A stretch of 11,871 nucleotides of DNA from Elusimicrobiota bacterium (GTDB lineage: Bacteria; Elusimicrobiota; UBA8919), in the NCBI GenBank assembly GCA_043816185.1, contig JBDRIG010000027.1, forward strand, positions 1 to 11,871, given 5' to 3'. Below, piece after piece: positions 1 to 5,566 of the stretch. The notes under the pieces were generated by a model. The model saw nothing but the letters and a program-made list of their open reading frames with translations, made no database searches and was not told where the DNA came from. Position 1 is the stretch's first letter. Each line of letters begins with the position of its first letter. The translations under genes were made by a program, and so were the position numbers.

Positions 1-138
1 TTTGATCTAAATAATAAACTTTTGGAGTTTGTTGACGACTACAACCAAAACAAAAGACTCAAAAAATTAAATTACAAAACACCATCGCAGTACTTAAAAG
101 ACACAAAAGGAATTACTCTACAACGTATCGTTAGCTAA
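1..138 (+). CDS. IS481-family (integrase-core) transposase, C-terminal end only (runs off the window)
   Basis: Manual translation of frame +1 gives FDLNNKLLEFVDDYNQNKRLKKLNYKTPSQYLKDTKGITLQRIVS*. It contains the YNxxRxxxxLxxxTP motif that ends IS3/IS481-type DDE transposases. Not in the ORF track because the start lies outside the window. Confidence 0.8.
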   Translation, partial: FDLNNKLLEFVDDYNQNKRLKKLNYKTPSQYLKDTKGITLQRIVS

Positions 139-140
139 CA
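1..140 (+). mobile_element. Right end of an IS481-like insertion sequence
   Basis: The stop codon TAA (136-138) runs directly into ...TAACA ending at 140. IS481-family elements typically end 5'-TGT...ACA-3', with the ORF stop inside the right inverted repeat. Confidence 0.65.
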
Positions 141-149
141 TTTAATCAA

Positions 150-177
150 TTGACAAGACAACAAATTAACGTAGTAT
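150..177 (+). promoter_or_regulatory. Candidate sigma70 promoter facing the 3' end of rnfA
   Basis: Perfect TTGACA (150-155), 16-bp spacer, TAGTAT (172-177). TATAAA also occurs at 175-180. Confidence 0.4.
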
Positions 178-197
178 AAATTCTGCGACTACAAGTA

Positions 198-258
198 TGA
201 TTTATTGGTAGCAGCACCATCTTATGGTGCATAAATCACATCCGTTGGTAGCAGTACC
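198..258 (+). repeat. GTAG-type REP-like palindrome with a partial second copy
   Basis: GTAG (208-211), CA, then GCACCAT-ctt-ATGGTGC (214-230), extended by TGATTTAT (198-205) / ATAAATCA (231-238). TTGGTAGCAGYACC occurs at 205-218 and 245-258. Confidence 0.6.
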
Positions 259-351
259 CTTGATTTTGATATTGTTGTTATTTTATTTGTTAAAAATGTG
301 TAATCTAATTTTTTTCACAATAATATTTTCTTATGGCGATGTGAGCGACCT

Positions 352-927
352 TTACATCATCCCTGAAAATCCAAAAAATGCAATTGCGATGAGCCCTGCA
401 ATAATAAATGCAATCGGTTCGCCTTTGAGTGCTTTTGGAACATCAGCCAATTCCAATCGCTCTCGAATTCCCGCCATTAAAATAAGAGCAAGCGTAAAAC
501 CAAGTCCCGCTCCTAAAGTAAAAACAACTGTCTTTATTAAATTGTAATTTTCTCTGATATTTAGTATTGCAACCGCCAGAATTATGCAATTAGTGGAAAT
601 TAAAGGAAGATAAATTCCTAACGCTTTATAAAGTGCAGGTGAGATTTTCATTAACACCATTTCAACAAATTGAACAAGCGCAGCTATCACAAGAATAAAA
701 ACTATTGTCTGAAGATACTCAATATGAAGAGGATTTAGTACAGCATATTGTATAAACCACGAGAAAACTGCAGACACAAGAAGTACAAAAATAACCGCAA
801 GTCCCATGCCGATTGAATCGGAGATTTTTTTGGAAACGCCCATATATGGACAGGTACCCAAAAACCTCGCGAAAACAAAATTGTTAATGAAAATCGTCGC
901 CAGTAATAACAAAATCAATTCTTTCAT
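352..927 (-). CDS. rnfA: Rnf electron transport complex subunit A
   Basis: Hydrophobic 191-aa protein with NNFVFARFLGTCPYMG, LGIYLPLISTNC and GIRERL...VPKALKGEPI motifs. Follows rnfE. Confidence 0.95.
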   Translation of the reverse strand: MKELILLLLATIFINNFVFARFLGTCPYMGVSKKISDSIGMGLAVIFVLLVSAVFSWFIQYAVLNPLHIEYLQTIVFILVIAALVQFVEMVLMKISPALYKALGIYLPLISTNCIILAVAILNIRENYNLIKTVVFTLGAGLGFTLALILMAGIRERLELADVPKALKGEPIAFIIAGLIAIAFFGFSGMM

Positions 928-928
928 A

Positions 929-956
929 TTACATATTCCAATTTACACATTCCAAT
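929..956. repeat. 14-bp tandem duplication directly upstream of rnfA
   Basis: TTACATATTCCAAT (929-942) followed by TTACACATTCCAAT (943-956). Confidence 0.7.
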
Positions 957-1043
957 CACGAAGCAAGGATATCGTTGCTTATCGTCGATATACTGATATA
1001 TAAATAAAACTATACCAATATATCACTTGTCATTTATATATTA

Positions 1044-1658
1044 TTATATCGTCTTGCTATCATCTTTTTTTATTGACCTCGAAATTGCCATCAACAAACC
1101 GATTGTTATGAATGCACCAGGTGGCAACATCATAACCAAAACAGGGTTAAACTCAGTAAAAAGTTTTATACCGAAAAAAGTTCCATTGCCTGAAATTTCT
1201 CTTATCGTCGCTACGATAAATAAAATCAAAGTATATCCAAAGCCCATTCCAAGAGCATCTATTATAGAATCTAAAACAGGTTTTTTTATTGCAAACGCTT
1301 CTGCCCGTGCAATAATTATACAATTAACAACAATCAGCGGAATAAAAATACCAAGATTTTTATGAATAGCTGGAGCACATGCATTCATAACTAAATCTAC
1401 GATTGTTGTAAACGAGCCAATGATGATTAAGAATACTGGAATGCGAACTTTGTCAGGAATTGAATTTCTCAAAAATGAAACTAATATATTAGAACCCAGA
1501 AGCACAAATGTCATCGCTACTCCCATACCGATTGCATTTTTCGCCTCGGTTGAGATGGCAAGTACTGAGCAAAGCCCAAGCATCAAGCCAAGAACAGGAT
1601 TTTCTTTTATAAAACCTTTTGTAAATTCATTTAGCAGTTTTTTCTTTAAGAAACTCAT
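1044..1658 (-). CDS. rnfE: Rnf electron transport complex subunit E
   Basis: KENPVLGLMLGLC, IPDKVRIP, LGIFIPLIVVNCIIIARAE and LPPGAF motifs. Overlaps the 3' end of rnfG by 32 nt. Confidence 0.95.
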   Translation of the reverse strand: MSFLKKKLLNEFTKGFIKENPVLGLMLGLCSVLAISTEAKNAIGMGVAMTFVLLGSNILVSFLRNSIPDKVRIPVFLIIIGSFTTIVDLVMNACAPAIHKNLGIFIPLIVVNCIIIARAEAFAIKKPVLDSIIDALGMGFGYTLILFIVATIREISGNGTFFGIKLFTEFNPVLVMMLPPGAFITIGLLMAISRSIKKDDSKTI

Positions 1659-2160
1659 TTATTTTTTCCCTTATACCATTAGTAATCGCTCGAGAAGAAA
1701 TTGTAGCTGATGTAACACCATCAATTTCACCGACCTTACTATCTTTCTTTAATAATATTTTTTCCGAAATTTTACCAGTAAATTGCGAAAGAAAATTCTC
1801 TTCCGATATTTTTGTGCCAAGCCCTGGTGTTTCGTTTTGTGAAAGTATTTTTACACCAGTTATCTTAAAATCCTCGTCAATTCCAACCAACGCCTCAATC
1901 TGACTTGAGTATCCACTCGCAGTTACTTTCAAGACATAGCCGACTATGTTATTTTTTTCATCAAAACCGTTTTTTGGAAAAATATCTTTTGTCTCAAAAC
2001 AAGAAGCAATAGGTAAAACCTCTTTTAGTGCAATATTTTCAGCTTTCAATTTTTGCGAAGTAATTTTTTTTTCAGTAAGATAGTTGGTACCGGCAAGAGC
2101 AAAACCTGCAACAGCACAAATTATAAAAAGATATTTTCCAAGTTTTGTTATTTCTTTCAT
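1627..2160 (-). CDS. rnfG: Rnf electron transport complex subunit G (FMN-binding)
   Basis: N-terminal TM helix, GYS, ETPGLG and flavinylation motif DGVTSATISS. Confidence 0.93.
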   Translation of the reverse strand: MKEITKLGKYLFIICAVAGFALAGTNYLTEKKITSQKLKAENIALKEVLPIASCFETKDIFPKNGFDEKNNIVGYVLKVTASGYSSQIEALVGIDEDFKITGVKILSQNETPGLGTKISEENFLSQFTGKISEKILLKKDSKVGEIDGVTSATISSRAITNGIREKINEFLKEKTAK

Positions 2161-3080
2161 AGATTCACTCCGAGTTTCACTCCGAAAACCCTTGGTTTTG
2201 TGAATCTGTCAATTAAAGGTACTAAGATATTCATAATCAAGATTGAATAACATACACCTTCAGGGTACGAGCCAAGATTTCTTATTAAAACAGTCAGAAG
2301 TCCACAGCCGAATCCAAAGATAATTTTTCCTTTTGAAAACAGTGGGCTTGTGACATAGTCGGTTGCCATAAAAAATGCACCCAAAATCACACCACCCGAC
2401 AGAACCTGAAAAACGGGATCTTGCTTGAAAAAAATCGAGAGAATTATTACGGTTAAAATATATGTTAATGGAATATATAGCGAGATTATTCGACGGTAAA
2501 TAAGATATGCTGCACCCAGTAAAAGTAGAATTTTCGACACTTCGCCGATAGAACCAGGAATGTTGCCAAAAAACAAATCAACAGAAGTCGGTAGTGCCGT
2601 GGTAAGTTTTTCCTTCAAAATACCAAGTGGTGTTGCCGATGTTACAGCGTCAATTTGCCATCTGGTCATAACAGTTGGAAACGAAGATAATAAAACGGCA
2701 CGACCCACTAAAGCAGGATTAAAAATACTGAAACCAATACCTCCGAAACATTCCTTTGCTATAAAAATTGCAAAAAAGGAACCGATACAAACCTGCCACA
2801 AGGCAATATCTGGTGGAAGACAGTAAGCCATCAAAAGTCCAGTGAGTGCGGCACTGCCGTCAGTAATTTTAATTTTTGTTTTGAAAATATATTTTTGCGA
2901 AATAAATTCAAACAAAATGCAACTTAAAACCGATGCTAAAATTACATAACCAGAATGAATCCCGAATTTATAAACACTCCAAAAAGCTGCAGGTATTAGT
3001 GCCAAAAAAACGGACAACATTATTTTTGTCGTTGAATTTTGCGATTTAATATGCGGCGCTGGTGAAATAGTGAATTTCAT
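2157..3080 (-). CDS. rnfD: Rnf electron transport complex subunit D
   Basis: SPAPH, FGGIG...FNPALVGR, DAVTSATPL (FMN-Thr), GSIGEVS, FFMATDYVTSP and YPEGVCY motifs. Confidence 0.95.
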   Translation of the reverse strand: MKFTISPAPHIKSQNSTTKIMLSVFLALIPAAFWSVYKFGIHSGYVILASVLSCILFEFISQKYIFKTKIKITDGSAALTGLLMAYCLPPDIALWQVCIGSFFAIFIAKECFGGIGFSIFNPALVGRAVLLSSFPTVMTRWQIDAVTSATPLGILKEKLTTALPTSVDLFFGNIPGSIGEVSKILLLLGAAYLIYRRIISLYIPLTYILTVIILSIFFKQDPVFQVLSGGVILGAFFMATDYVTSPLFSKGKIIFGFGCGLLTVLIRNLGSYPEGVCYSILIMNILVPLIDRFTKPRVFGVKLGVNL

Positions 3081-3097
3081 ATTTTAAATACGATTAC

Positions 3098-3142
3098 TGC
3101 GACCGTGCGTCGTCGTGCGTATTGCGTTTGTGCGTCGTGCGT
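3098..3142. repeat. Degenerate ~7-nt tandem repeat (TGCGT core) in the rnfC-rnfD spacer
   Basis: TGCGT starts at 3106, 3116, 3123, 3131 and 3138, with TGCGA at 3098. GC-rich island in AT-rich surroundings. Confidence 0.75.
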
Positions 3143-3168
3143 TGTTGGCTGTGACTTCTTGTGTTAAA

Positions 3169-4506
3169 CTACGATTTTACTTTATCAGTTTTCATCACAA
3201 TTTTAGCTAACTTTATATTCTGAACAAGATGAATTTTTGCCGGACATTCAAAAGCACAACAGCCGCATTCCATACAATCAAGCAGGTTGTAGTTTTTTAA
3301 TTCATCATATTTTTCTTTTTCAACCAAACGTGAAATTATTGTCGGAACAAGTCCCATCGGACAAGTATCTACACATTTTCCACAACGGATGCAATTTGAT
3401 GGTTCGTAATCTTTAATTTCTGTTAGGGCAACAATACCTGAAAAATCTTTTACGACGGGCACATCCAAAGTGAATTGTGTAATACCCATCATCGGCCCAC
3501 CAGCAATAACCTTTTTTACTTCACCTGCAAAACCACCACAATAATCAATAATTTCAGATAGTGATGTCCCAACACGAACTTTCAGATTGCATGGTCTTTT
3601 GACACCACCTGCAACGGTAATTATCCGTTCGTAAAGTGGCTTCCCTTCATAAACCGCTTCGTAAATTGCTTTTGCTGTTTGGACATTTTGGACTACACAA
3701 CCAACATCCATCGGCAATTTGCCCGATGGAACTTCCCTTTTCAGTGTTGCTTTTATAAGTTGTTTTTCCGCCCCTTGTGGATATTTGGTTTTAAGTTTGA
3801 TAACTTTGATTTTATTTGTTTGAAACCACTTTGTCTCGATTTCGTCGGAACTCGTAATGACATTGTTAAATTTCTCTATAGCATCTTTCTTATTATCCTC
3901 AATTGCGATGAAACTGTTTTGAACATCAAGAATTTTCATTATCAGTTTCAATCCGCCGACGATTTTTTTCGTCTCCTCAACCATAACCCGATGATCACAA
4001 GTGAGATACGGCTCACACTCGCAACCATTTAATATAACAGTGTCAATCTTTTTTTTTGATTCTGTCGAAGGTGGGGAAAGTTTTACATGTGTTGGAAATG
4101 CCGCACCACCAAGCCCGACGATACCAGCATTTTTTATAATTTCAACAAGTTCGCTTGGTGAAAGTTTTTCGGGGTCGTGTGATATAAAATTAATTGACTC
4201 ATCTTTATCATCAGAATCAATAATTATAGATTCAAAGTTGGATCTGTTGGGATGAATACGATTTTCAATTGCAGAAATTTTTCCTGAAATAGAAGAGTGT
4301 AGATTTGCGGAGATAAATCCTGCCGATTCCGCGATTAGTTGCCCTGTTTTAACGCTGTCACCGATTTTTACGATTGGTTTTGAAGGTGCACCAGTATGTT
4401 GCAAAAGCGGAAGGACCACTTTTTTAGGAAGTGGCATTTCTTCTATCTTTATCTGTGATGTGTATTTTGATTCTTGTGGATGAACTCCTGTGATGAAATT
4501 ACTCAT
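3169..4506 (-). CDS. rnfC: Rnf electron transport complex subunit C
   Basis: GVHP, QHTG, AGIVGLGGAAFPTHVKL, NGCECEPYLTCD, KYPQGAEKQLI, GGPMMG, and two 4Fe-4S motifs (CIRCGKCVDTCP, CMECGCCAFECP). Start placed at ATG 4506, which overlaps the apbE stop, rather than the track's TTG at 4515. Confidence 0.95.
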   Translation of the reverse strand: MSNFITGVHPQESKYTSQIKIEEMPLPKKVVLPLLQHTGAPSKPIVKIGDSVKTGQLIAESAGFISANLHSSISGKISAIENRIHPNRSNFESIIIDSDDKDESINFISHDPEKLSPSELVEIIKNAGIVGLGGAAFPTHVKLSPPSTESKKKIDTVILNGCECEPYLTCDHRVMVEETKKIVGGLKLIMKILDVQNSFIAIEDNKKDAIEKFNNVITSSDEIETKWFQTNKIKVIKLKTKYPQGAEKQLIKATLKREVPSGKLPMDVGCVVQNVQTAKAIYEAVYEGKPLYERIITVAGGVKRPCNLKVRVGTSLSEIIDYCGGFAGEVKKVIAGGPMMGITQFTLDVPVVKDFSGIVALTEIKDYEPSNCIRCGKCVDTCPMGLVPTIISRLVEKEKYDELKNYNLLDCMECGCCAFECPAKIHLVQNIKLAKIVMKTDKVKS

Positions 4507-5557
4507 AATGTGCAAATCCTGTTGTTTTATAAATCCTTTTTTCTTTATTTATTTCAACTACTTGCCCGTGCGACGATGCCACGTCTCCTGGTGTTGAGGC
4601 AAATGGTAAAATTATAAGACATTCAGCGACTTTATATTTTTTTACAAGTTCAATACCTGCTGGGTTGCCAAGTACAAATGTTGCCGTTGCCAGAGCATCA
4701 GCGTCTGTTGCATTGTCTGTTATAATGGTTGAACTTATTGATTTATCGACCGAATAACCAGTTAAGGGATTTATTATATGAATAACTTTTATTTTGTCAA
4801 TTAAAAAATATCTTTCATAATCGCCACTTGTCGTAACTGCCTTATTTTTTATTTTCAAAATGGTTATAAAATCATTTTTATCTCGCGGGTTTTGAAGTGC
4901 AATTTTCCATACTTTATCGCCAAAACATTTTATATCACCACCAGCATTTATCATACCTGTTTTTATGCCGTTTTTTTTCAATACTTCAACCGCTCTATCA
5001 ACGGCATAGCCCTTTGCAATAGCGCCTAAATCAATTTTCATTCCCTTTTTGACAAAAGTAATTTTTCTGTTTTTTTCATCGATTAAAATATTACGCCAAC
5101 CGACAATCTTTAATGTGTTCTTAATTTCTTTTTCTTTCGGTATTTCCCCTCTTTTTTTAGCGTTTTTCCACAGTTCAATAATAGGTAACACTGTTATATC
5201 AAAAGCACCATCTGAAATTTCGGAAAAATAATTTGATTTTTTTATGAGTTGCATTATTTCATCCGAAACAACTGCCGAACCATTCTTGTTCAATTTTGAA
5301 ATTTCGGAAGTTGGTCTATAAACGGAAAAAATGTTTTCTACGCGTGTAATCTCGTCAAAGGCACCAGCAATTGATTTTTTGGCAAGCACTTCATTATGTG
5401 ACCAAACCTTTATTTCAACCGTGGTTCCCATTAAAATTTTTGTTTCTGAAAATTCTCTAATTTTAGTAGAACAACCAAATAGAAGAATTGAAAAAATTAA
5501 GATAAATAGTTTTATCGTAATTGTAAGATTACACAGATTTTTATGATTTTTATGCAT
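4499..5557 (-). CDS. apbE: FAD:protein FMN transferase (ApbE family), lipoprotein
   Basis: Lipobox LLFGC, plus MGT, GAFDIT, DLGAIAKGYAVD, NAGGDI, TSGDYERY, HIINPLTG and ADALATA motifs. Confidence 0.95.
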   Translation of the reverse strand: MHKNHKNLCNLTITIKLFILIFSILLFGCSTKIREFSETKILMGTTVEIKVWSHNEVLAKKSIAGAFDEITRVENIFSVYRPTSEISKLNKNGSAVVSDEIMQLIKKSNYFSEISDGAFDITVLPIIELWKNAKKRGEIPKEKEIKNTLKIVGWRNILIDEKNRKITFVKKGMKIDLGAIAKGYAVDRAVEVLKKNGIKTGMINAGGDIKCFGDKVWKIALQNPRDKNDFITILKIKNKAVTTSGDYERYFLIDKIKVIHIINPLTGYSVDKSISSTIITDNATDADALATATFVLGNPAGIELVKKYKVAECLIILPFASTPGDVASSHGQVVEINKEKRIYKTTGFAHYE

Positions 5558-5566
5558 AAATTTAAA

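Noticed and set aside
287..320. Possible Rex operator (TTGTTAA ... TTCACAA half-sites) near rnf
   Set aside because: Half-site spacing does not fit the 18-bp Rex box, and the site lies downstream of the operon.
224..547. 107-aa + strand ORF downstream of the candidate promoter
   Set aside because: Mostly antisense to rnfA, its start lies within a hairpin, there is no SD, and it has no recognisable motifs.
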